Source of the DNA: an uncultured Planctomycetota bacterium
GTDB taxonomy: Bacteria; Planctomycetota; Planctomycetia; Pirellulales; Lacipirellulaceae
Reading direction: 5' to 3'
Length of the DNA: 64,000 nt
NCBI GenBank assembly: GCA_963719315.1
Contig: CAVRBU010000004.1
Coordinates: forward strand, 672,001-736,000
The notes under the pieces were generated by a model, which searched no databases, was not told the origin of the DNA, and worked only from the letters and a program-made list of their open reading frames with translations. The position numbers were made by a program, and so were the translations under genes. Positions 41,424 to 50,344 of the stretch are shown here, in pieces. The number at the start of each line of letters is the position of its first letter. Within the stretch, counting starts at the first letter, position 1.

Positions 41424-42911
41424 TCATGCTCCAGCCGCTGCAGCATTCTTCGCTCGGCGGGCTTTTTTGTTTTGTTGGCCGGCCGCTCGCTTTTTGCCTG
41501 CGGCGTTGCCCCACAATGGCGCCACGTTAAGCTCGTTCCAATTGTCCCAAGCGGTTTGCAGTTCCTTCGCTTTCTGGGGCTCGGCGCCGATTAGATCCTG
41601 CGTCTCCCCGATATCGTTCTTGAGGTTGTACAGCTTAGCGGCGGTCACGCGGCCCGGACGGCCGTCGGCCGCGGGGTCGTAACGCACGAGTTTCCAATCG
41701 CCGCGGCGAATTGCCATCTGCGGACCAAAACGCCAGTAAAGCGTATCGTGGGGCGCAGTGGAAAATTTGCCGTTGAAATACGGCAGCAAATCGACGCCGT
41801 CGAGCTTCGAGTCGCCGGCGACGTCGACGCCGGCTGCGGTGAGCGCGGTCGGCAAGATATCGAGCTGTACAACCGGCTTGTCGTAAACTTTGCCGACCGG
41901 AACGTGTCCCGGCCAGCGGACGAAGAACGGCACGCGGATGCCCCCTTCCAGCGTCGTGCGCTTCGAGCCGCGGAGCGGATCATTCAGCGAGGCATTGATC
42001 GAGGTGCCCTGCATCGTGGGGCCGCCGTTGTCGCTGATGAAGAACACGAGCGTGTTGTCTTCGAGCTTCTTCGCGCGGAGCTCGTCGAGCACTTTGCCAA
42101 CATTATCGTCCATCGCGCTCATCATCGCGGCATACGTGCGCCGCGATGATTCATTGATGTGCTTGAACTTCTCGAGCCGGGCGTCGTCGGCGTTCATTGG
42201 CGTATGCACGGCGTTGAATGCGAGATACAAGAAAAACGGCTTGTCGGCATGCCGATCGATGAACGCGACCGCCTCCCGGCCGAAGGCGTCCGTCAGATAT
42301 TCCTTCTCCTCGTAGCGTTTTTCGCCGCGAAGCATGAGCGGCCGGGCATCGGGGAAATAGCCGTGGGCGCCGCCGAGGAAGCCGAAGAAATCGTCGAAGC
42401 CGCGCTGCTGTGGATGGAATTGCGGTGCGCTGCCGAGATGCCATTTGCCCACGATGCCGGTCGTGTAGCCGGCGGCTTTGAAGCGGTTGGCGATCGTGGT
42501 TTCCGAAACCGGCAAGCCGTTTTGGTCGTTGGATTCGAGCGCTTCATCTTGTTCTTTGCTGCCGACGCGCGGCGCGACAGCTCCCCGATTGGCGGGCTTG
42601 GGGCCGCCCGGATTGAATTCGTGACCGAAGCGAGTTTGGTAACGCCCGGTGAGCAACCCGGCCCGGGTTGGCGAGCAGTACGGCGCCGAATCGTAGCCGC
42701 TCGTACAACGGATGCCGCTGGCGGCCAGAGCGTCGAGGCGGGGCGTGGGGATGTCTTTGCATCCCTGCACCCCGAGATCGGCGTAACCCATGTCGTCGCC
42801 GACGATAATCACGATGTTCGGCTTGGCGTTGGCGGCGGTGGCAGTGTGCGGGCTAAGTGAATTAGTCGCCAGTAAGAACAGGAATGCAAGTTGGATTGGG
42901 CGTGCGACCAT
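41424..42911 (-). CDS. Sulfatase (arylsulfatase B-like)
   Basis: KPNIVIIVGDDMGY, CSPTRAGLLTGRY, GKWHLG, SDNGG, EGGIRVP. Confidence 0.9.
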   Translation of the reverse strand: MVARPIQLAFLFLLATNSLSPHTATAANAKPNIVIIVGDDMGYADLGVQGCKDIPTPRLDALAASGIRCTSGYDSAPYCSPTRAGLLTGRYQTRFGHEFNPGGPKPANRGAVAPRVGSKEQDEALESNDQNGLPVSETTIANRFKAAGYTTGIVGKWHLGSAPQFHPQQRGFDDFFGFLGGAHGYFPDARPLMLRGEKRYEEKEYLTDAFGREAVAFIDRHADKPFFLYLAFNAVHTPMNADDARLEKFKHINESSRRTYAAMMSAMDDNVGKVLDELRAKKLEDNTLVFFISDNGGPTMQGTSINASLNDPLRGSKRTTLEGGIRVPFFVRWPGHVPVGKVYDKPVVQLDILPTALTAAGVDVAGDSKLDGVDLLPYFNGKFSTAPHDTLYWRFGPQMAIRRGDWKLVRYDPAADGRPGRVTAAKLYNLKNDIGETQDLIGAEPQKAKELQTAWDNWNELNVAPLWGNAAGKKRAAGQQNKKARRAKNAAAAGA

Positions 42912-43158
42912 CGTATGTTCCTTTTTGGGGTGTCCGGTCGGCGAAGGTGGATGGTTCTAACGTAATTCGCGGGTAGACGGTGTCAAGCTGCAGGACTTGA
43001 CCAGTTCGAATCGGATCAACTATCCGTAATTCTAAGGCGTTCCGAAATTAATACCCGGACTTTTCGGGATATTTCCAAACGACAGGGCGATACATAAATC
43101 CCTGCTAGCGCCTGGCACCGCGAACCAGTACCATTATTCCTCTCGTGGAGCGAGAAGG

Positions 43159-43569
43159 CTAGATGTCTCGATATTGCAGCGACACGAGAATGCACGGACC
43201 GCTGGCAATTACGCTTGCGCCAGCGGCCTCTGCCGCCTTGATCGCCTTTTGGCTTTCGGCGCCGGGCTGCATCCAGATTTGCTTGATGCCGCGTTGGATT
43301 GCGTCTTGCACGACGCGTTCGGTGACGGGCGGCGGCGTGACAATCGAGACCGCGTCGATCGTCCCGGGAGCCGACGCAAGGTCGCGGTATGCGGCCAGGC
43401 CTTCCACTTCGGTTGCGGTCGGGTTGATGGGCACAACTTCGCGATCGTTCTGCATGTAAACGCGCAGCACTTTGTTGCCGTACTTGCTGCGGTCTTGCGA
43501 TGCGCCGACGACGGCGAATCGCTTGCTTGCTAGAAAGGAATCAATTTTTTCTTGCGAGGATGATGCCAT
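43159..43569 (-). CDS. CoA-binding protein (YccU-like)
   Basis: FAVVGASQDRSKYG, PINP, IWMQPGAE, GPCI. Confidence 0.85.
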   Translation of the reverse strand: MASSSQEKIDSFLASKRFAVVGASQDRSKYGNKVLRVYMQNDREVVPINPTATEVEGLAAYRDLASAPGTIDAVSIVTPPPVTERVVQDAIQRGIKQIWMQPGAESQKAIKAAEAAGASVIASGPCILVSLQYRDI

Positions 43570-43595
43570 CGTGATGCTCAGGCGGCGTGGAATTT

Positions 43596-44048
43596 CTAGG
43601 CGGCGAGCCGGTCGATCAAGCGCTCCACTTCGCGCTCCAGGTGAGGGATCGCGACGTCGGGCGCCGCGCAATCGAGATCGTGGACGTGCCAGAATTCGAC
43701 GCGATCGGTGCATCCGGGAAACTTCGCCTCGAACATCGGCCGGTGCTCGTCTTCTTTCACGGCAATAATTCGATCGGCGGCGGCCAGATCGGCTTCGGAG
43801 ACCGGCAACGGCGAGCGGTCGCAGCCGTCCGACGCGATGCCGCGGACCATCAGGCTGGCGATCGTGAATCGCGAGATGGGGCCGTTGTTGCACGGGTCGA
43901 TTGCGAGCCCTCGGGAGTCGGCCGTCCAGCCTAGGCCGCGCTTCTTGGCTTGCCAGTTGAACAGTATCTCGGCAAACCGGCTGCGGTAATAATTACCGGT
44001 ACACAGAAACAACACGCGCTGCGACTTGTTGGTATTTCTTTTTTCCAT
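43596..44048 (-). CDS. Low molecular weight phosphatase family protein
   Basis: VLFLCTGNYYRSRFAE P-loop, ADSRG, ADRIIA. Confidence 0.85.
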   Translation of the reverse strand: MEKRNTNKSQRVLFLCTGNYYRSRFAEILFNWQAKKRGLGWTADSRGLAIDPCNNGPISRFTIASLMVRGIASDGCDRSPLPVSEADLAAADRIIAVKEDEHRPMFEAKFPGCTDRVEFWHVHDLDCAAPDVAIPHLEREVERLIDRLAA

Positions 44049-44163
44049 GCATTTTAATCCGGTGACTTGCCGTTGGCCCCATTTTACATTTATTGTGGCG
44101 AAGGTTACATGCCGCGTGCAAGGTGGAAAAGATCAAATCAACGCAACCCGGGCGGGCATCTCT

Positions 44164-45290
44164 ATGAATAAGAACATGGTACGAAGAATCTCTAGTCGCT
44201 GTCGTTTACTCCTAACGCGGCTCCTCGCTTTGGCGATGTTGTTTGCCGCGGTTCGGGCCTATGCGGCTGAGCTTTCGGTCCGCTATCCGGGTGCCGAGGG
44301 CCCCGGCAAGGGTAAGCACGTTGTGTTGATCTCGGGCGATGAGGAATACCGCTCCGAGGAAGCACTGCCGCAGTTGGCGAAAATTCTGTCTGCCGAGCAT
44401 GGCTTCGATTGCACGGTCCTGTTCGCGATCGATCCGAAGACGGGCATCGTGAATCCGAACAATTTGCAAAACATTCCGGGACTCGCGGCACTGAAGGACG
44501 CCGAACTGATGATCCTCTTTTCGCGGCGACGCGATCTGCCGGATGACCAACTGCAACTCATCGACGACTATGTGAAAGCCGGCAAACCGGTACTCGGCAT
44601 TCGCACGGCGACGCACGCCTTTTTGCCACCGATCGATTCGAAGTGGGCGCATTACGGCGACACGTACGCCGGCGACAAGAAGGAGTGGGAAGGCGGCTTC
44701 GGTCGCGTCGTCCTCGGCGAGCGGTGGGTCAGTCATCACGGCGATCATAAGCACACGAGCACGCGCGGGATTCTCGCGCCCGGAGCGGCGGGACACCCGA
44801 TTTTGCGCGGCATCAAGAGCGGCGAGATTTGGGGACCAACCGATGTGTACGGTGTGCGACTGCCGTTGCCCGGCGATTCGCAGCCGCTCGTGCTGGGTCA
44901 GGTCACCGGCGCAAGGGCGAGTACGATGAACACGATCGGATGTATGGCATGCGCCCAGAGGATGGCCCGGCCGTAAAAGGCTCGAAAAACGATCCGATGA
45001 TGCCGATCGCCTGGGCCAAGACGTATCAGATTCCAGGCGGCAAGCACGGCCGGGCGTTCACCTCGACCATCGGTGCGTCGGTCGACTTGCTGAATGAAGC
45101 TACGCGGCGATTGCTGGTAAACGCGGCGTACTGGTGCGTCGGCATCGAAGACCAGATTCCGAAAGGCGGCACGCGCGTCAATCTCGTCGGCAAATTCGAG
45201 CCGACGCAATTCGGATTTCGCAATGATGAATATTGGGCGAATCGCAAGATGTCGCCCGACGAGTTGCGCATCGACGCCGCCGTGAAATAG
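44164..45290 (+). CDS. ThuA-like (class I glutamine amidotransferase-like) secreted protein (frameshift near 44908)
   Basis: VVLISGDEEYRSEE, GIRTATHAF, HPILRG, PIAW, FTSTIGA. Confidence 0.7.
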
Positions 45291-45348
45291 ATGGAGCGCT
45301 TCTTTCTTGCTATTAGGCGGTCGGGCCCATCATCCTTACTCAAAGTGA

Positions 45349-45484
45349 AACCGCCAAGCACGCCAAGAGCACCAAGTCTTCATTGATTACGATAAAGACG
45401 CGATAGCCTGCCGAAACGGCCCTTCACAGACGAACTGTACGTCAATTTGATTTCTCTCTGCATTCCTTGGCGTTCTTGGCGGTT
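45349..45484. repeat. Inverted array of 9-mers (nnCGCCAAG)
   Basis: AACCGCCAAG-CACGCCAAG-AGCACCAAG ... CTTGGCGTT-CTTGGCGGTT between convergent genes. Confidence 0.55.
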
Positions 45485-45489
45485 CATTT

Positions 45490-47550
45490 TCAGTTTGAGA
45501 TTCTTGGAAAACGCGTGCGCGATCCCTGCGGACTGCTCGTCATGTGGATGTTGTGGACCTGCATGTCGGTGATCGCTGCGTCCATGGTTGCGGCAGTCGT
45601 TGAGGTCGTATCAGTTGCAAGTTTCGAGCGGCCAAGTGACCGCAAACCGAAATCCACGTTGCCGACCGTCAAACCGCCCCGCGAAATGAGAACCGCCCGA
45701 TCGGTGACGGCAGACGTTAGCCGCGCCGGCGGCACGACGCGGACGATGTAGTCGCCCGTTTCGCTGAACGATGTGAAGCGGTAGCGGCCATCACGACCGG
45801 TGCGGGTTGTGGCCACAACCACGCCGGCGTCGTTCAGAAGTTGCAGCTGAACGCCGGGGATGCCTTGCTCCGTGCGATCTTGCCGGCCGTTGGCGTTGTT
45901 GTCCGCGTACACCCGCCCGTTCACTTCGGCCGTCATGAAGAACACATTGCCTTGCAGGTTGTTCACCGTCGTGTTGCGCTGAATGATGCTGGCAAGCGTC
46001 GTTTGCTCGAGATCGGCCAGCGCCCGGCCGGAGAACACGCGTTGATACCAGAATCGGTCGCCGTCGCGAAGCCGCTCGAACTGGTCGGCGATGATCGTGC
46101 GGGCCAATTGGCCCACCGAAGCGCCGGGCACGTGGTCCTCGGCAAGCGCCCCGACCCACAGGTCGATGTTGTCGACCGTGCCATAGAGCGACTTCAAAGT
46201 CGCTTGAACATCGGGATCGGACGATATCTGATCGAACCGTGTAACGCGCGTGAGGCCGTAAGCTTCGCGCACGCTATTGTAATCGGCCAAACCATGATCG
46301 CGGCCGCGCTGGATGTTGAGCGACGCGAGGTCGAGGCCGCCCTGCCCCGGCGCGCCGAACAGGAAGTTGCGTAGGCCATCGACGAGTTGGTTGTCGTCCT
46401 CCTGTGCAAGCGTCGAGGCGGCGTACTTCAGAATGCCGTCGATGCCGGTTTCTTTGAGCAGATCGGGGTTGAAAAACGCCTCGCTCAGTTCGACTTCGTC
46501 TCGTACGGCACGGCCGTCGTTGCCGAAAAACTCCACATCGTCGTTGATCAGCGTGTGGAGACGGAAAGCGGCCGTCGAAAACTCGTTCGAGATGCTCGGG
46601 TCGACCGTGGCATCGTAGCCGCGGTAGCGTGCGAGCGCATTTTGGCCCAACAAAGCCGGCAGAAACTCCTTGTAGGTAATGACCTGAAGCTCGGCGCCGA
46701 CGGTGGCTCGGGCCTGTTGGTAGATCTGCTCGTCGGTCCACCGCGGGTTCTGGCGGGCGAGCTGCGCGGCGATCCGATTGTGCTCCCGGACGAAGAGCGC
46801 CTGCATCGAGGTGAGCTCGACATTCTCGTTGGCTCGCACGTCGCCGGCCAGAAAGCTGCCGGAGGAATCCGTCGGCGGCAGGTTGCCCGTGCTCGTCTTC
46901 AATTTACCCCCGGAAAACGTTCGCAGACTGTCCGCTGTGGCCTTGTCCGAACCGTAAATCACCGACCCGTCGATCCACGAAGTAATCTCGTTGATCTGCT
47001 CACGCGGGTTGGACGTGCTGGTGCCGGTCGTGGCGTCGTAGCGCGAACGGGTAAAGGCGATGGTTTGAGTGCCGGTGCCGTTGGGGTCGAACTCGGCGTC
47101 GCCCAAAGGAACCGCAATGGCGGCCGACTCGCCGCCGGTTGTGGGCGGCTCGGTAAGGTCGATATCGTGGTCGATGAATTGACCAAACACGTAGATAAAC
47201 GCGGAAAGCTTTCGCTCGTTCAGCTCCGTATCTTCGTCTTGCGCGGCGAGTGCATTGCTGATGACGCGGGCGTCCGGGCGATTGGCGCCGGCCAGCGTGG
47301 AGATATCGTCGCCGTAATCGGTGCCGGCCACATGAATCAGTTGCTCGTTCGTGCTGCCCAGTTCCGTGTTGGTGAGATTGTTGCCGGTGCCGTCGTAAGC
47401 GCGTATGGCCACCACCGCCGTGGGAGGCGAAAAACTTGTAAGCGACGCCGAAGTCAAATCGGCCGCCATCAGTTGGCGAACTTCCAACATTTCGAGCGTG
47501 AATCGCTTCCGCGCGTACCGAGAGCGTCGCTTTGGTTGGTTGGCCCACAT
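45490..47550 (-). CDS. Secreted animal-type heme peroxidase (peroxidase-cyclooxygenase superfamily) with C-terminal SdrD B-like domain
   Basis: LEMLEVRQLMAAD leader; DGTGNN, GQFIDHD, TSWIDGSVIYGS, GDVRANEN, REHN, AAFRLH, NIQRGRDHG, FERLRDGDRFWY; GRVYADNNANG...GRYRF. Confidence 0.85.
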   Translation of the reverse strand: MWANQPKRRSRYARKRFTLEMLEVRQLMAADLTSASLTSFSPPTAVVAIRAYDGTGNNLTNTELGSTNEQLIHVAGTDYGDDISTLAGANRPDARVISNALAAQDEDTELNERKLSAFIYVFGQFIDHDIDLTEPPTTGGESAAIAVPLGDAEFDPNGTGTQTIAFTRSRYDATTGTSTSNPREQINEITSWIDGSVIYGSDKATADSLRTFSGGKLKTSTGNLPPTDSSGSFLAGDVRANENVELTSMQALFVREHNRIAAQLARQNPRWTDEQIYQQARATVGAELQVITYKEFLPALLGQNALARYRGYDATVDPSISNEFSTAAFRLHTLINDDVEFFGNDGRAVRDEVELSEAFFNPDLLKETGIDGILKYAASTLAQEDDNQLVDGLRNFLFGAPGQGGLDLASLNIQRGRDHGLADYNSVREAYGLTRVTRFDQISSDPDVQATLKSLYGTVDNIDLWVGALAEDHVPGASVGQLARTIIADQFERLRDGDRFWYQRVFSGRALADLEQTTLASIIQRNTTVNNLQGNVFFMTAEVNGRVYADNNANGRQDRTEQGIPGVQLQLLNDAGVVVATTRTGRDGRYRFTSFSETGDYIVRVVPPARLTSAVTDRAVLISRGGLTVGNVDFGLRSLGRSKLATDTTSTTAATMDAAITDMQVHNIHMTSSPQGSRTRFPRISN

Positions 47551-48108
47551 AGAATTCTCCTCTGTTCCGTGCCGAAAAAGTGGCTTTGCGAACGGGCCCT
47601 GCCCCGCGCTCATTGCGAAGCCGATAAGTGCTGAAACTATTAGTCGCGAGAAGCGAGCGACTCTATTCCATTGATGAGAAATCGATCGTCGATACAGCCA
47701 CTGCTGGCTGCTCCGAGACTCGGACGAGTTGATCCCAGCTTCATTCTCTTAGACAGAACGCTGACAATACTGTCACAGTGAATGATTAAAAATAGCTAGT
47801 GAGCGACGCGCGATCAGGCAAAAGCCATTGTTTCGACAATCTGACGCCGCGCAATGATGCGATGACGCGCAGGTGGGACGATTATGAACCAGGTTCCGCG
47901 CGTTGTGCGCAACGACGTTGGCATGGTCGCGGCAAGCGATTGCTCACGCGGCTTGGTGGTGGCCCCCGATGGGACGTGGGGGCTCGCTTGGTTAGACGCC
48001 GAGCGGCGAATGTGTTCGAGTTCATCCGATGGGCAATTGTGGATTGCTCGCGCACGAATCGCCGCCCGCGTCTCAGGAGAGAGTCTGTCGCACCATGGAT
48101 ATCAGATC

Positions 48109-49248
48109 CTATCGCCTGCGCAAGATTTGAGCGATGGCTGCCACCCGCGAGGCGGCGGATGAAATCGCCGTTCTGACTGCCGACGTAGAAGTCTGCGCTG
48201 TATCCGTCGACGTGCAGGTGCCGCCAAAGCCATGCGAATCGAACGCGAAGATGCCGCCGTGACCGTGACCGTGGCCGTAATCCTCTTGTTCCCCGAGCCC
48301 CAGCGTCTTCGTTCCGCCGATGACGGCCGTGTCGGCGATCGTGACGACGTCGTTGGCGTTCTTGCTCACGACCTTGAAATTGCCGCTCACGCTGCCGTCG
48401 TGCGTGACGGTGTTGTCGCCGGCGCCAAGGCGGGCGAAGAAATTGTCGGTGATCGCCGCCGTGGCGGCGATCGTTACCACGTCATTGCCGTCGCGGGCGT
48501 CGACCTTAAACGAGCCGCCGATCGAGCCTGCGGCGGTGACGTTGTTGTCGCCGTCGCCAAGCGCAAGATAGACGCTCTTCGTAACCGCCGACGTATCGGC
48601 AAGCGTCACCGTATCTGCGCCGCTGCCGGCGCCGGCGAACAAGTTCTTACCGATCGAGCCGTCCACGGTTACCGAGTTGTCGCCGTTGCCGAGCCACGTA
48701 CCGAAGTTGCCCGTCACCGAGGCGCCGGCCGCGATCGTCACCGCATCGGCACCGCTGCCGCCGCGAACGAAAAGATTGCCGACAGTCCCGTTGACGGTGA
48801 GGCTGTTCTCTCCGCTGCCGAGTTTGGCGAAGGCATAGCCGCTGATGGCCGTGTCGAGCTCCACAGTATCCGCGCCGCTGCCGCCACGATAGACGAAGCT
48901 CGCGGCGCTGCCGTTGGTCATTTGAAACGAGTTGGCGCCGTCTCCCAGATCGGCGTACACTCGGTCGACGCTTTGGCCCGTGAGATCGAGCGTGACGATA
49001 TTGTCAGCGCCGGCCGTTTCATCAATGTCGATTTTAATGTCGTCAGTGACGCCCGTGAGCGTCGTGCTATCCGCGATGAGCAAGTCGTTGTCGCGTACTT
49101 CGTAGGCACCCGTGCTAACGGCGACGATCTGAACCACGCCGTCGGCGTCTCCAGATACAACCAAGTCGCCATTGGTAACGGTGGCCGTTACTGCGAGCGC
49201 CAGCCTTTTTTCCAACGATTCAAATCGTGATAGTCGATGAGTGTGCAT
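48109..49248 (-). CDS. Planctomycete extracellular protein with LGxGxN/D beta-helix-like repeats
   Basis: FESLEKRLALA leader; repeated LGDGANS/GGSGADTV motifs. Confidence 0.65.
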   Translation of the reverse strand: MHTHRLSRFESLEKRLALAVTATVTNGDLVVSGDADGVVQIVAVSTGAYEVRDNDLLIADSTTLTGVTDDIKIDIDETAGADNIVTLDLTGQSVDRVYADLGDGANSFQMTNGSAASFVYRGGSGADTVELDTAISGYAFAKLGSGENSLTVNGTVGNLFVRGGSGADAVTIAAGASVTGNFGTWLGNGDNSVTVDGSIGKNLFAGAGSGADTVTLADTSAVTKSVYLALGDGDNNVTAAGSIGGSFKVDARDGNDVVTIAATAAITDNFFARLGAGDNTVTHDGSVSGNFKVVSKNANDVVTIADTAVIGGTKTLGLGEQEDYGHGHGHGGIFAFDSHGFGGTCTSTDTAQTSTSAVRTAISSAASRVAAIAQILRRR

Positions 49249-49617
49249 GGTTTGCCTATTCCATAACAATACGGTGCTTCAAGTCTTTTGTTCCGGCCTC
49301 TGTCGGGAATAGCAAAAGTGGCAATGCGCCACTGGCCTCGGAGCCCTCGGCCGCGAGAATAATTCAAGGGTGTCGCCCGATTTGCAAACGGACGCCTGAG
49401 ATTCTGCCGGGGCCCGCGGAAATGCGGTTCGTTCGCCCAACAAGTATCTGGACCGGAGAATGAGCCGCCGCGCCACGGCCAGGCGATAGATTGGCCGAAA
49501 AGGCGTAGTTTCCCCCAAAATCCCTCGCTCCGAAAGATTTTTCGTTGCGCAGGGCGGGAAATCCGGTCCCCAGGCGAGGGTGTTATCCACGCGCAAAGTT
49601 CGCAGCCGCGCGCCATA

Positions 49618-50343
49618 ATGCAACTAATGTCCATTGCCCTTGAAAACGCAATGAAATCGAGCCGGCCTCAAAATGAGCCGCAGCGCCCGGCCCAATCGTC
49701 GGCCAGCATCGCTTCGAACCCCGGCAGCGCCCAAGAATTGCTGAATCGGGCTCGGCGCGGCAGTAAGAGCAGCCTCGGAACGCTCTTGCAGCAGTACCGC
49801 AACTACTTGGTCGTATTAGCCTCGATGCAAATCGAAAAGCGACTGCAGCCCCGCGTCAGTCCGTCGGATGTCGTGCAAGAAACGATGCTGCGAGCCCACA
49901 AACACTTCGGCCAGTTCCGTGGGACGACAGAACAAGAGCTGTTGGCCTGGCTGCGGCAGATCCTGGTGAATAACTTAGCGAAATTCGTCGAACAGCATAT
50001 GCTGGCTGCCCGGCGCGATGTGCGGCGGGAAGTGTCGATGGAGCGAATCGGGGCCGCGTTGGAGCACTCGACCATCCAATTGGCTGCTCTCGTGCCGGCC
50101 GCCACGAAAAGCCCCAGTATGGCGGTCCAGCAGCGCGAGGAAGCAGTGGTGCTTGCCGATCGGCTCGCGATGTTGCCTGAAGACTATCGCGAGGTGCTGG
50201 TCCTGAGAAATCTGCGCGGCCTGCCGTTTGATGAAATCGCGCGGCAAATCGGCCGTTCGATCGGCGCAACGCGGATGCTCTGGTTGCGGGCGATCGAAAA
50301 ACTGAGATCGGTCTACCGCAAGGAAGACTCGAGCGAGGTCTAA
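49618..50343 (+). CDS. ECF sigma-70 factor, kinase-associated planctomycete type
   Basis: LLQQYRNYL, RVSPSDVVQET, WLRQIL, RRDVRRE, LPEDYREVLVLR...EIA; start may be 49651. Confidence 0.9.
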   Translation: MQLMSIALENAMKSSRPQNEPQRPAQSSASIASNPGSAQELLNRARRGSKSSLGTLLQQYRNYLVVLASMQIEKRLQPRVSPSDVVQETMLRAHKHFGQFRGTTEQELLAWLRQILVNNLAKFVEQHMLAARRDVRREVSMERIGAALEHSTIQLAALVPAATKSPSMAVQQREEAVVLADRLAMLPEDYREVLVLRNLRGLPFDEIARQIGRSIGATRMLWLRAIEKLRSVYRKEDSSEV

Positions 50344-50344
50344 T

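Noticed and set aside
46550..46575. Peroxidase proximal motif AAFRLH lacking the usual Gly (FRFGH) as a sign of inactivation
   Set aside because: The proximal His, distal GQFIDHD, catalytic Arg and RGRDHG are all retained and the frame is intact
47799..48176. ORFs in the spacer between the peroxidase and the beta-repeat gene
   Set aside because: No RBS or family features and they overlap the 3' end of a real gene
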